Shown: piece by piece, positions 10,421 to 23,904 of the stretch
Numbering within the stretch: position 1 is the stretch's first letter
Layout: each line of letters opens with the position of its first letter
NCBI GenBank assembly: GCA_028534125.1
Contig: CM052818.1
Location: 47,866,001-47,930,000, forward strand
From: Lama glama
Taxonomy: Eukaryota
Reading direction: 5' to 3'
Length of the DNA stretch: 64,000 nucleotides
Notes under the pieces: model-generated
Told to the model about the DNA's origin: nothing
Seen by the model: only the letters and a program-made list of their open reading frames with translations
Database searches by the model: none
Translations under genes and position numbers: made by a program

Positions 10421-13400
10421 ATGGGGGAAGGGTGCAGCCTGTGAGGAGGCCAAAAGAGCAGACGGGAGCCGGATTCGGGGAGCCTCTGGACACTGCGCAC
10501 AGGAGCACGTCCTCACCCCGGAAGAAGGACGTGAATGAGGGCTGGTGCCCGTGGATGAGCACTTCCCGCTGAGCACTAGGCGGCAGGGCAGTGATGCTCA
10601 GCACGGGCGGGCAGAGGCCCGTCGCGGGCGCGGGGGGAGCCGGCAAGGGCGGGCCGCACACACGCCCCACAGTGCAGACCGAGGGGGCTGAGTACAGACA
10701 CTCTAGACCAGGCAACCACACACACATACCCCGCGACTCCACGCCCCGTCCTCAGCTTTGAAATTCGGATGTGTAGAGCAAACATTGTATCAAAAATGAA
10801 GAATATTTTCTAGTTTATATTTTCAGTCGGAAGCCCTTTGGCTCCAAGCATTGGAGGAAATGAAGGGCCGTGAGGCCGTCACCCACGTAGACCGCATGAA
10901 AATCTCATTAACTGAGAACACAAGGGACCAGACAAAGCAGATTTGGAATTAATTAGTCTGCAGTAAGTGAAGGCATTGATGAGAAATATAGGACATCTTG
11001 TTGGCTCAGAAATCCCCATTCACTATACCACTCGATGGAATGTTTCAAATAAAATGATAAATGACGATGATGTTTCCTTCATCCGGGGGCAAACGAGAGG
11101 TGGCTTGGGGAGCACATTATGCAGTTCTCGGGTATCTGCATGAGAATGAGCGGGTCCTGGCTGATCCGCGCACTTCCAGCCTGTATCCTGGTACCTATCG
11201 GTGCTGTTCTTTGGTAACTTTTTCCCTTCCCTGTGGATCCTGGGCAATCCGCTGCCTAACCAGACGTCCCACATTTTGTTCTAAATTAATTGATTCTTGA
11301 AGATTCAGTGTTACGTTCTTTTTCACTCTAAGATCTTCCTTTCTTCTTTCAGCCTGGCTCATACTCATCAGAAGGAAGAGGCGTGGCTTCTTCACCATGT
11401 GTTTTCAAGGACCTTCAGCTTTGTCTTCCATTTCCATCTCCGAGGCTCCCACGATGCTGGCCGCCTTGGCAGCCCCCGCAGCGCGGCTCATGGTGCATTT
11501 TGGTTGCCGTTTCGTGACTCAGTGTCGTGAGTTTCTCTCTTCGGACTGTCCTTCTAGAATCAGCAGGAAGAAGGAGAAGGTGACCAAGGCAGAATGGAAG
11601 GTGGTTGAACTTCTCTCTTTTTTTAAAAACACACAGGGATTGAAGAAATCTGAATAAGTGTGGAGGGTCAGGGCAAAGTCACTGAGGGAAAGAACAAGAT
11701 AGGAGGTTTAAAGAAAGAGCAGAGGGATGAAGCAACGCCCTTAAAGTGGTGGAGACAGGGCGGGGTCAGAGTTCAGCTAGGAGGTGGGCGGGAGGGGTTC
11801 GGCTGGATGGGAAAGGTGTCCACTGTGTCCCACTGTTGAAAATTTAGCGGGAAAAGCCCCTCCCTCTCCAGCCCAGGGAAAAGCTGGGGAGGGTGTCCCA
11901 TGGCAGAACACAGAGCCTGTTTGGAGAGGCACTAACCCAAAGCAAGAAAATAAGCAAAAATTTAAATAATTTTAAATGTCCAAAAGAGGGTGCATGAGAA
12001 ATTAATTCAATGATAAATTGTCCTGGATTTTAAAATAAGATAAAGAAATATCAGCCTGACACAATTTATTTTTTTCTGAGCAATGATTTTTTTGTTGTTG
12101 TTCCTTCTGTCCCGACAAAATGGAACAGAGTGGACACCTTTCCCATCCAGCCAGATCCCTCCAGCATCCTCTCTCCCCCGCGTTTCTGCATCAGCGCGTG
12201 CGAACAGTCCCCAGGGGCGTTGCACTGTCCGTGCAGCAGCACCTGGGCAGCTCTGAGGTCCTCCACTCTGCAGAGTCCTCTGGGCTCCTTGAATATGAAC
12301 AGGTTGTTTTCTGAACAAACCATTAGGAAACCTGGGCGGACAAGTTTACTTATGGGACAAAGGGGCAGACCATTTATAATTATGGGGTCTCCTGAGAAAT
12401 CCTGAAATCTGGATGGATGGAGCAGAGCAACCTGCCCTCGGGAGGGAAGTGGGCTCCACACTTGGAAAACAGGCCAAGCTTGGCTGCGGGAAGCTCTCAG
12501 ACAACGCCAAGGACACGGGCAAGAGGCAAGCTTCCTGCTACGTGCCAGATCCCGTAGGAGGAGCTTGTGTCTGTTAGCTGGTCTTCCTAAAACCACGGTA
12601 TAGATATGATCATCTTCACGTGGAACTGGTAATTTCGCGTCTCTCTGGGATGGTTTGCCAAAACACCCACGGCCAGCAAAGGGTGCCACGTAATTCTAAC
12701 CCAGCTGAGACAAGTTATGAAGCCAGCTCCTGTCCCACATGCCGGGACGTGTCCAGTCATCCCGACCCCTCTCCTGGTCCACGTCATCCCTTCTAGGGAC
12801 TAGTGACCTGATTCCAGTAAGAATAGGATTCAGATCGCTCAGCCTCGTCACAGCCAGATCGTTGACTCCTCCTGCCTTTGTCACCTGGGATCTCATCTGG
12901 AGTTCTGTCTCCAGATTTCCCTGACTTTGGGTCTGTGCTTTATCCTCTCCCTCAACTCTCTCTTATACCAGAGGACACATTTGCCTTCTTGGATCTGATG
13001 CTCTCTGACCCACCTCCATTAAGGTCTGAGCTCACCCTGGGGGCCTCTGGCTCCTGCTGACCCAGCCTGGTCCTGGGACCCAGCCTGTCACTGGACATCT
13101 TGACCCCCTGCACCTCCTCATCCTCCACCATACAGGATTCTGTGGTGTCGAGTGGCAGTTGGGTGTGCAGTGGGATTCCTCCAGGAGTCACCTACAAGAG
13201 GGAGAAGGTGAACTCAGAGCAGCCAGAGCTGTGCCTCAGGCCCCGAGGTCATGCACTGGCCATGGAGTGAGAGGAGAGGAGGTCTGTCACACGGTCCCCC
13301 CTGGGTAGCCTGCAGGAGGGTCCTCACCCTTACTGGGAAGGAGCCTGAGGCAGCTGGGCTGCAGAGTCTGCCTTTACTGGCTGCTGGACCCAGTGTTCCA

Positions 13401-13869
13401 CATGGTCACCCACTGTCCTAGTCAGAGGCTGTCTGGTATCTGCCCTGCCCTTGTGGGCTGACTGTCCCGGCAGAGCCAGTGAGGTTATGAATGGCTCATG
13501 TCAAATCTGACCTCTTAGGTGCTGACTTCCAGCCTTTGTCATGTGCTTTGTAGAAGCAGAGCAGACCAGCTATTTCAGACTATGCCAATAAAATTGCTCA
13601 TGGAGTGAAAGAACCACTGGCCTTTTTTGACTTACATCAACGCACAATGCTGTTTGTCAAATGGGCTTGGAGGTCCTCCCTTTGAAATTCCAAGCTGTAA
13701 ATAAGACAGGCATCTTTGCCTAGGGGGTGCCCGCCTCCCTACACCCATTTTGATAAAGAGTCTAGTAAAATCAATGAGGTGGAAACTGACGGCCTGAGAA
13801 GAGTGAGGAAGGGTTTGACTTAACCTTGGCATATGTTGGATCAGGGGCTCTGAGGTGGCGAGGTAGAGG

Positions 13870-14150
13870 TGTTCTGATAGCTGTTTGTAACTAGCTGTTA
13901 AGTTATTCTTTTACGAAAAATATAGGGAGTACCCATGCTCTCTGTGGCTCCAAAGGGAAGAACTGAATCTCATGTTTGTGCAGTGGAGGGTACACGTTTC
14001 AGCTCCCTGTAAGCTCCATTTAGCGATGGAGAGCTCTATCTTGAAGTGACTTACCTACCACTGGACGGTCACGGCACGAGTACATAATGGGCTGTTGTGT
14101 TTGGATAAGAGGAACCCAAATGTCACTTTGAGATCCTATGACCATCTTCC
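13870..14150 (+). mobile_element. CR1/L3 LINE fragment
   Basis: TGATAGCTGTTTGTAAC...TCTGTGGCTCCAAAGGGAAGAACTG...GTTTCAGCTC resembles the L3 3' region. Confidence 0.5.
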
Positions 14151-14664
14151 AGACACATTCAACAGAAGCAAAAAGGACAAAAGGCAACGTGTGAGAAGGT
14201 ATATTTCACTTTGTTTCCCCACAATTTTTATCAAGGAAAGCAGAACCACTCCGAGTAAGAAGAAAACAAAATTGAAAAAATATATATATAATGAATAAAT
14301 TCATACCATAAATAAAAATGTAAAGTCTTCCATAATCTCATCACTGTCACATGACAACTTTTTCATTGCTCTGTATTCACAGAAAACATATAATTTTCAG
14401 GGTTTGTGATTTTTGCACAGTTGTAATCATGGTGCATAGAAGGTTGAATAAAAATCAAGTGTTTTGAGCTTCTCTTCAAATGATTAGGACTAGAAGCACT
14501 CTTTAGTCTTACTTTATGTGGGAATTAATAATACTAGATAGCATACTATTTATTAATAGATGTATATCAATAGTAGGCTTTTGTACACACTGTTATGAAT
14601 AAATAACTTGCTTATTTCCTGCTGGCAATTCTTTTTGGTCTCATGTTACTTACTGCATATTTTT

Positions 14665-14828
14665 ATAAACCAGGGGTCCATGGCCGGGCCTCAGGGGGAC
14701 TGCAAACCATTAAATTACATATAAAAGTTTGCAGGATTGTCGGTGTGCTGTTTTTTTCTCTGGGGGAAAGACTGGGGTGTTTTCACCAGTCTCTCAAAGG
14801 TACGGAGGACCCCTTAAGCACCACTGCA
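14665..14828. mobile_element. hAT-Charlie-type non-autonomous DNA transposon (MER-type)
   Basis: AACCAGGGGTCCATGG...CAGTCTCTCAAAGG...GACCCCTTAAGCACCACTG, ending in a hAT-Charlie-like terminus (ACCACTG). Confidence 0.6.
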
Positions 14829-15119
14829 TCGGGAAGGAAGTCCAAGCTTCTTGGTACCTTTTAGGACGGACACCCGCCCCTCTCCCCCCGACTCCCCCCC
14901 CCCCCACACCCCGAGCGCCTCGCTCACGCCTGCTTTTATTTCTCATCTCCACTCCCCTTCCTCTGGCACCTGGGGCTACCGCCTTGGCAAAATTCTCTGT
15001 TCCCACGGAAGGTTAATCTCTTCATGGGAGGCATGCTTCATGCCCTTTAAACAAGCTGCTGCCTCTGCCTCGCAGACGCTTCCTCTGCTGAGATGCCGTC
15101 CTCACCTTCCCCAGGTAGA

Positions 15120-15990
15120 GGGCGGCTCTGCCTCGGCACCCCCAGGGACCCGTTTGTGGGGCTCGGGTGGGTTCTGATCCTAGCGGGGCCACCCGGAATC
15201 TCCCACGGGGCGCTACGGGCTCCAGCTGCAGAATCAGTGTCGGCGGAAGAGAGCGCTGAGGCACCCAGACAGCCTGCGTGCCCCGGGCTTTCCCGGCGCG
15301 CCTAGGAAGTCAGCCAGGACGCACGTGGAAGCAAGGAGGTGGGGGCGGGGGGGGGCGGCCCGGACTCGCATCGCCGGGACCTGCCCGGGCCGAGGCGTGC
15401 TCCCTCCGGGGCCAAGCCGTGCTCCCTCCCGGGCCGAGCTGTGCTCCCTCCCGGGCGCAGGGACGTGGACCGGCCCGGGCGGCGCTCGCCTGCAAGCGCG
15501 GAGGGCAGCCCCGTGCTCGAGCCCCGCAGAGACGCCCCGCCAAGGTGCCGGTGGCTGCAGAAAGGCCTTTCGGCTCAGCCGGGTGTTTCCTCCTCATCAG
15601 GCACGGCGCACGGGGATGTGCCAGTGGCGGCCTTCGGCGGGCCCGGCTGCCGAGAGCTGGCGGCTCTGCTGCCGGGCGCTTTGCGGCGTCAGAATCAGAC
15701 AGGAGGGCTTCGGAAACAAGCGCCCAGGCCCCGCGCGGGGCTCCTGTGCGGGCTCGGGCAGGCGGTGGGGCGTCGTGCTGCGGAGCACGGCCCGTGGTGG
15801 CCGGGCTTTCGCTGGGTGTTCCGGGCGCTGTGCAGACGGCCCCTGCGGGCGCTGACTCCCTTGTCCCCCGAGGCCCTTAGCCCTGCGGAAGCCCCTCCAA
15901 GTTCACTCTCGGAGGGAGGAGAAGAGACAGGCACTAGTGATGGGCGCGCGCGTGAGCCTTGACCAGGCTGCTTAACCGCTACGGGGGATC
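15120..15990. promoter_or_regulatory. CpG island (orphan: no recognisable CDS)
   Basis: Very high GC and dense CpG over ~850 bp, with a GC box/G-run at 15341-15358 and an E-box CACGTG near 15322. Confidence 0.8.
15387..15456. repeat. 22-bp GC-rich minisatellite, ~3.2 copies (GGGCCGAGNNGTGCTCCCTCCC)
   Basis: Units start at 15387, 15409 and 15431. Confidence 0.9.
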
Positions 15991-16819
15991 CTGAGAGGCT
16001 GGTGCCATTCTCAGCTCGTTACCAAGCAGGAGACCAAGACCCAGAAAGTCAGTTTGTCCAGAGCTGCAGATCCGGAGGCGGGAGAGACCACACTTGAGTG
16101 CTGCGCCTCGTTCATCACAAATCAAAGCCCTTTCACAGTCTACGAAACTCTCTTACTTGCCTCACAAGCAACTGGGTTTTAATAATAGATGAGATATATT
16201 GAGTCCTTACCGCGCACACTCACTGTGTGCCCCACAGCCCCTCAGTAATCCCACCAGGGAGGACCTACAAGCCACTAATGCAGCGCCTGCTCTGCTCCAC
16301 AGCTGCATTAAGCCACTTGTTTAAGGCGCCAGCTACCAGTGGTGGACTCAGCATTTGAACTAGGGGACGGGGCCATCTTTATGTGCTATGCTGCGTAATC
16401 CCTATTTCTTTCTTAGATTTTTGTCTCAAACCTTCTTGGTCTGGTCACAAGTTGCATCTCTACTGAAGAGTTGAAGCAATTGTCTAGCGTTTCTGACCTG
16501 CACCCTTAACAATTCCTACAAAACTTTGGTCTGTTACTGAGCATAACCCTCTTGCCAGGTGGAAAATGAAGCAGGATCCATTCTTTAAAAGTATGATGCT
16601 CCAGGGAGCCAGTCTCAAATCTGTCCTTGCAGTAATCTCTGCAGGGCTTGAGGCCAGCGGGGACCCTGTTGATAAACCTTGTTCCCCTCATGCCTGCTGG
16701 AGACCCTGGTTGAATGGCTTTCCCGGGTGGACGTGACCCCTCTCTTCACCGTTCCTCAAGTCAGACAGCGACAGAGGCGGCCAGAAGGAGCCTCATCTCA
16801 TGTAATGTAGAAACAGAGA

Positions 16820-16953
16820 AAAAATGTGATAATGAGTGTGTATATGTCCATGAATGACTGAAAAATTGTGCTGAACACTGGAATTTGACACAACATTGTC
16901 AAATGGTTATAAATCAATAAAAATGTTAAAAAAATAAAACAACCCCCCCCCAA
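16820..16953 (+). mobile_element. Camelid-type L1 3' end with 11-bp TSD
   Basis: GATAATGAGTGTGTATATGTCCATGAATGACTGAAAAATTGTGCTG...GACACAACATTG...TCAATAAA and an A-rich tail. TSD AGAAACAGAGA at 16809-16819 and 16954-16964. Confidence 0.88.
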
Positions 16954-18384
16954 AGAAACAGAGACCCTCTGAAGGGTTCGCTGAGTTAATCACAGGGTGT
17001 AAAAGCGGGGCTGGCTGACAGCCGCTGGGACCCCTGCTGGCTACATCCTTGTCTTCATCTCCTGAAATCAGGCCGACAGACCTCAGGGGAGTCTTGACAG
17101 GACAGTCGGAAGCAGACGCTTTCCTTCAACAGCCGGGGTGAATTCCAGGTAATTTTGGTGGAAACTTGCATCAAGATAACATGATCTCTCTTCCCGTCAT
17201 TCCTCCTTCTTTTTTTCCTTCTATCCTCTCAAGGTGGTCAGTCTGCCAGCAGGAAGGTGAGGGGAACAGATGGTTTCTCTCGACCAGGTATTTCTGTGGA
17301 CGCAGTCCCTCATTTACAGCCCGCTGCCTTCTGAGCAGGGCAGTGAGCAGTCCTACCGCCCACACCTGCAGACCTCACCTGTGCAGGAAGGATTGTGACG
17401 CCAGAAGGGGAACTGTGCCCTGGGTTGGCTGAGATGTCACCAGTTGAGTTTTTAGTTTGGTGGCTGGATGACCTGAAGATCTGACTCGTGATGGAAGCCT
17501 ATGGTAATTTTATTTACTGTCCTTTAGTTTGGCCTTTCAATCATTGAAATACAGAAGCACAAGACTTCATTCCACCCTGGAAACCATAGCAGCCCCTCCT
17601 CCCACCCATGACCCTGCCCGCTCCCCTGACCTCACTAAGCGTCGCTGGACCACACACGCAGACCCCCCAGGGGCTGCCGGCCAGGTCCTCCCCACCCGCT
17701 CAGCCTGGTCTCCACTGGGGCTGGAGGATTCCCTCAGCAGCAACGGGACTCGTTCTCCAGTTTGAGCGGTTTGCCCACCAGGAGCGCACAGGTCTGCGGG
17801 TAACCTGTGGATCGGTGACTTCGTGGGCAAGGGGGGGCACTGCTGAAGGTGTCACCCGGGTCACCAGGGGAGAAGCACTGGGGTGACACAGCAGGAAAGG
17901 AGCTGTGACCATCACCAGGGCAGGCATCCTCATGTCTCCCGTTCTTTCCTGGCAGAACCTCAAGTGCAGCTGACCGACTCACTTCACTTCCTCCAGCTGC
18001 CTTCCTTCCCATCAACTTGAACCTGAGCGCGTAACCTTTCTCCTCTCCTCAGGCACAGGGGTCCACCTAGGCTGCCTCCCGAGGCTCAGTGGGGTCAGGT
18101 CCTGCGTAACCAGCCGCATCTCCTTCCTCCAGCCAAGCTGCCCTGATGCCATTCCTGTATGTCTCACCCTGTTGGCAGCTGGACCCTCCCTCCCTTCTGC
18201 CCTGAGGCGATGGTATCACAGCGGATGCATCCGAGGGTCCTCCCAGATGCTCTGCTCTCCTGTAGGATGCGCCCCCTTACCCTTCTCATTCTTCACTATG
18301 ACACTAGACTCTTCCATCCTCCAAAACTCCTTGACCTTCTAACCCACAGCGCTTAACAAGACCACTGGCCGCCATGATCATTTT

Positions 18385-18710
18385 CTGCCCTCAGAGTAAT
18401 GCTGTGATGTAAGGATTATTATTATTCCTACTTTTTGGATGAGACTATTGAGCTCAAAATGGCTATGAGTTGCCTACTTTCACGAGTCAGTAATAAAAAA
18501 TAACGAGCATTCATCAAGGGTCTACCACATGCCCTGTGCTGAGCTCATTCCTCTCTTAATCCCTGAGAAAACCCATACAGTAGGCACTGTTTTAGCCCCA
18601 TATTACAGATGAGAAAAGTGAGGCAAGAGGGAAGGCTAGGTGATCCCATAGCCGAGCCAGGATTTGAACTTTCATGATAACAGCCTAGCTGCTCACCCTG
18701 CTTTGTAGTC
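18385..18710 (-). mobile_element. Tandem MIR fragments
   Basis: ATTATTATTCCTACTTTTTGGATGAGACTATTGAG and CCCCATATTACAGATGAGAAAAGTGAGGC...GAGCCAGGATTTGAAC. Confidence 0.75.
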
Positions 18711-21704
18711 CATTTAGCAGGTATGCTAACACAGTTCAGTAACGGGCAGCTGTTGTCATTAAACAAAATGCTGTAGGTATTGGGGAAAACTCTACCTTCT
18801 CCCCAATCTGGCCCCAAGGCTTGTATCTTTCTTGCAAGGAAATCTGTGTAGACACAAGTCAGAGGAGGCAGGGTCAAATTTACAGCATTTCTCAGTGTAA
18901 TGCGTATTCTGCACAGGTGAATTCAGATCCAGAGTTAACTATACAACAGTTAAAATGGAAAAAAATATGATTTGTCACACATTATGGTTGTTTAATTGCC
19001 CTGGTCCTCATGCGAAGATGCCGCTAGAAATGCAGCTTCCTCTGCCGTGTTTTGCATCTTTCTTCCCTGGTTCAGCTTTTTCTGCCCCTAAGTAGCTCTT
19101 ACATACTTCAGTGCTTTAGAAATAGCTTTCTCCGAGCTAATGACATGAAAATAAGGAGTAATGTATACTCAATTGTACATAATAGGGTTGTAATTCCACG
19201 GAGAGATGCGTGAGTGCTTTGCTAATGTCATGAGAAATTCAGCACGGAATTCCAGGCTCCAGTTAGGACGGTTAGACTGGTTCGCCCACGAGGCGGTGTG
19301 AGCTGACTGCCTTGCAGGAAGCTGTCCTCAGCAGGGTCCCTCGAGAGAGCGCAGCCGGTGGAGGAACGGTGGTGACAGTGGGGTCTACCAGTCCCCACGC
19401 GGCATCAGCACGCTCCGCTCCTGACACAGCCCTGCCCCTGTTTCCTCCCATCCTGCCTGCGAAGAGCACCGCTCCAGGGACCTTGCCGGGGTGGAGTGCA
19501 TTCAGCAGAGATTGACATTCCCCAGTAATAATAACACGGGGTTATTTTTAATATGTGTCATTTGCCAAGATTTCTATTAAGGATAAGATATCATGAGTGA
19601 GGCATTCATGCCTCTGCAGAACATCTTGCTCCAATTATTAAGAGCCTTCTTTTTCTGCCACAAGAGTATTCAGCAAATCCTAAGTGACTGTTTCATGCGA
19701 GAGTCCGTGCTCCGCTGCAGTGGATCTGTGGGTGGCCCCGTGGGCTAAGGGTACCTCAAAGCGAGCCCACTGTGAGTGTCCTGAGGGCAGGTTGGTCCGA
19801 GGTGGCAAGGCCAATGCTGCTGGGCAGTGGGATGAAAATCATTGTCAGAAGGAGCCAGGAGACCAACCAGAGCTTACATGGAGCCTGATGGGAGTCAGGA
19901 ACGGAGCTGCAAGAACCCAGAGCAAGGACGGGGCAGAGATTTGGAACCAGGATGACTCGAGATGCCTTGACCGGCCAGGGAAAGTGGTTCAAGGCCAAGG
20001 ATGAGGGTGGTGAATGAGTGTGCAGCCCTGCCTTGGGAGCACTTGGTGCAAGGAGCCACGTGAGAGCCAGGCAGTCAGAAAAAGCAGTGACTGAGAACAG
20101 TGATAATTTATATTTTATAAATGGCAACCTATTTTTCAATGCATGACTTCATGTAATTCTCAAAACCCAGTGACGTCCAGGAATAGCGCTCTTGGTCACA
20201 TAATCTACAGCAACATTTCTTAACCTGGGATCAAAAATCCCTTGAAGCTCCAGGTGGGTTTGAGGGCAGCACGATGTGGGTTAAGAGCCTGGTGTTTGAG
20301 GCAGGCTCAGGGGAGCCCTTCCTGGCTGTGTCTCTTAATGGCCATGTGACAACAGGGATGGATGTTGGGACCCAGGGTCTTGCTCAAGGTCATGCAGTAG
20401 GTCCTGGCCGGGGCCTCTGAGTCTCTGTCCAGTGCTCCTTTGTGCCCAGCAGATTGCATGAAGCTGGCTAGCAACAGAGATCACCTTGGTCAGGAAACGA
20501 GGAGAAGCTAAGTGCTCTATAAGAAGCCCGGTGCCTCTGAAGGACGGCACTTCTCATTAAGATGATATACAATGCGATTTTCATTCTAAAAAGCTGCCAG
20601 CTCCTGAATGATATTTGTAAAATGCTTGACCCTATGGGGATTCCTTCGGATATGCAGAAAAAGATACCATAAATCGTCTTGTCTTATTTTTTAAGTGGAA
20701 GATGTGAATTATGTCCTCACAAGGTGGGCCAAATTAAGTTCATGGGAAGCTGTACTTCTACTAGAAATTGTGATGAAAGAAGGAGTGGACTAACGAGGTG
20801 ACTGTTCCTCTCTGCCCGCAGTTCCCTGCAGGAGGGAGACCCGGCTGGACCACTGGCCGAGGAAACTAATTTCAGGTGGTTTCTGAGTGGGACGTGCAGG
20901 TGCCTGTTGGCTGATGGGGTGTGTGCCCCGTGGGTGTAGAGGTTCCCGGACGCGCCAGCACGTACCTTCTGACCTATCAGATCAGCACATCCACGTCTGT
21001 GATCCACCAAGGAACAAGCAAAGAGAAGAAAGCACGTCGGAAGCTAAGCGCTTGGTGCATGTCAGAACCACGCAAAGGCGGGAGCAAGGGAGAGGCAAAG
21101 CAGACAGGCCCTGGGCTCCCTCCTGGGGCGCGGCCTTCACTGCATGCGGCGTGTCCAGTGGTCGTGGTGGAATTGGATGGCATCCCACGAGCTCAGGATC
21201 TGGGACAATCTGACCTTTGATGAGATGGGGCTCAGGTCTGTCTAGAACCTGCCCCCCTCCCCTTGCCCCCCTGCCCCATCAGAGCAGCCACTCCCACCCA
21301 TGCACCCGGTCTGGTCAGTCCACTGCCAGACAACGTGGGCCCACGCGGCTGCTCACCAGGCCTTTCGGTCAGCCCCTCCTGTGAACCGTGAGGACACTGA
21401 GGCCCCCGTGGGCCCCTGCCTGATGTCACCCAGCCTGGAGGTAATGGAGCCGGAATCCAAACTCAGGCTGACTGAATTCCAGATTCTGCTCTTTTCATCA
21501 CATCATATTGCCTAAAATAATGGCTTGGTTTGGGCAAGTGACTTAACCTCTTTGGGTTTCTGTTATTTTTCCTTCAAATGATCCTTCTCTAACAGCACAT
21601 GATTCTCAGTTCTAAAAAGGGGCTCTTACTGTGTGAGCTGAGTCACAGCAAAGTGATGCGCCCGGAACCTTCTTATGAACTGTGCTCTAGAGGGGAGAGT
21701 GCAC

Positions 21705-22487
21705 AGGCACACGTGCACACGCACACCACACACAGACTATACTCACACACCCCGTGCACACACCACAGACACACACCATTCACACCCCCCACCATACACA
21801 CCATACATGTACACACCATGCACCACACACACACCACACACACACATATATCCATACACACACTCACATCATACACACACACTATGCGTACACCATAAAC
21901 ACATACCATGCACACCATACATATACACACACCACACACACACACCATACACCCATACACACACACACCATACACACAGCACACTCACATACCATACACC
22001 CATATACACACACATACTATATATATACATACCATAAACACATACCATGTATACCATACATATACACACATCATACACACACACCATACACACACCATAA
22101 ACACATACCATGCACACCATACATACACACACACACCACACACACACACCATACACACACACTATACACACACCATAAACACATATCATGCACACCATAC
22201 ATATACACACACACCACACACACACACCATACACACACACTATACACACACCATAAACACATACCATGCACATCATACATATACACACACACCATATACA
22301 CAGCACACTCACATACCATACACCCATATACACACACATACTATATATATACATACCACAAACACATACCATGTATACCATACATATACACACACCATAC
22401 ACACACACTATACACACACCATAAACACACACACTCATACCCATCCACCACACATCATACACGCACACACACCACGCACACACAAAC
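21705..22487. repeat. CA/CATA-rich minisatellite with 63/78-bp units and a 324-bp higher-order repeat
   Basis: The anchor CATAAAC recurs at 21894, 22033, 22096, 22174, 22252, (22357 variant) and 22420. The block starting CAGCACACTCAC occurs at 21977 and 22301. Confidence 0.92.
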
Positions 22488-23904
22488 ATGAAAGGAGGAG
22501 AAGGGGGCTGTTATGGATTAACTGCCTTTTATGACCCCACGCCTTATATATCTTACCCCAGTGAACTGTTACAATGACGTTGAGAGGCACTGCATTGTCT
22601 GTAAGAAGAAACTGAAACTAAGAAAGCCAAAATGACTTCCTCAAATGTGCATGGCCAGTGCCTGCCACCATGTGGGAAGACGGCGCCAGTCTGGCCGGCA
22701 GCCAAGGACCGACATCTGTTTCAACCCAGAGGAAGCGCCAGGCGCTGTGAGAGTCCTCGTCGGGGCCAGGTCTTGGAAGCAGCTGTTTCCAGGTGTTGTG
22801 GCCTCCCTTGGAGCGACCTCCGGGAGCCGCTTCTGGTGGAAGCCACCCTTGATAGTGACTGGCAGGCAGTCACACCAGGAAGAGCTGGTACCAGGAGTCT
22901 GTGAAACACTAAATAATTCCACCGGGAGCTGCCCCTTTCATGAACCTTCAGTGGAAATGTGCTTCTTACAGCCACCATTGGCCACCGCAGGGAGGCGCTC
23001 AGGGTGGGTAGGCCAGATGGCCCCTACGTCTTCATCTTGTCAAGCCTTCAGCTTTGCTGGTGGGTGTTTCCCTCTGTGGGCGAGGGGACAGCTCACTGGT
23101 CCTTCTGTGTACCTTTCTCTGAGGAGCCAGGACACAAGATTCCTATTAATACACCTGGCAGGTCAGAATTAGAGCCAGGACACTCCGTGGGCAACTGTGC
23201 CAGCCAAGCATGATGCAAGGATGGAGGGTACTGGTGTCTGACAGCTGCGAAAGATGCACCCCCATCAGTAAGCCTTTGGTGACTCAGGGCTCCTCTTGCT
23301 GCATCTAAAATGAGGGTCCGCACGTCTAGCTCACAGGACTGTTGTGCGGATCGGCTGAAATGATGCACAAAGGGCACCTGAAGGAACATCAGTGAGGCTT
23401 CTGTTTCCTTGGTCCTGAGCCCTCTTCCCACCCATCCTTCTGCCTTTAGCTTGGCCCACTTTCTCTGATAAGCTCTTCTAGACCCTTCTATCCCATTTGG
23501 GTGCCTGAATATGTTAGGGATGCTTTTTGGCTGCAAGTTGATGGAAGAGACAAGAAAGAAGGGAATTAAGTTAGTTACGCAGTCAGTTCTGCTATAACAG
23601 AAGGCATCTCTCCCTAAAAGTCACCAAACTATGCAAAATCGGCAATCAACTGATCAGTTACAGGTTAAAGGTATCCAGGCGCCCAACACTCAAAGTTTTG
23701 TCAGCGACATGAAGAAGGATAAGAACCTCGTAAAGGCAGCCGTACAGCTCCGCCCTTACTGAGTGGTGAAGGCTCGCATCAACACTGCAGGGGACGTGGC
23801 ACTTGAGGTGGGGAAAGGCCTGAGGTTGTTGAGGAGTCGGCTTGTGAGCTGTGCTGATGTGGAGGGAGGAGGGAGATGTGGAGCGGGAGGGAAAGTCCAG
23901 ACGG

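Noticed and set aside
15278..15962. Three overlapping 176-207 aa ORFs
   Set aside because: High GC removes stop codons in all frames, and no domain is recognisable.
21673..22534. Long His/Thr/Tyr-rich and Cys/Val-rich ORFs (up to 245 aa)
   Set aside because: They are translations of the CA/TG minisatellite, which is stop-poor by composition.
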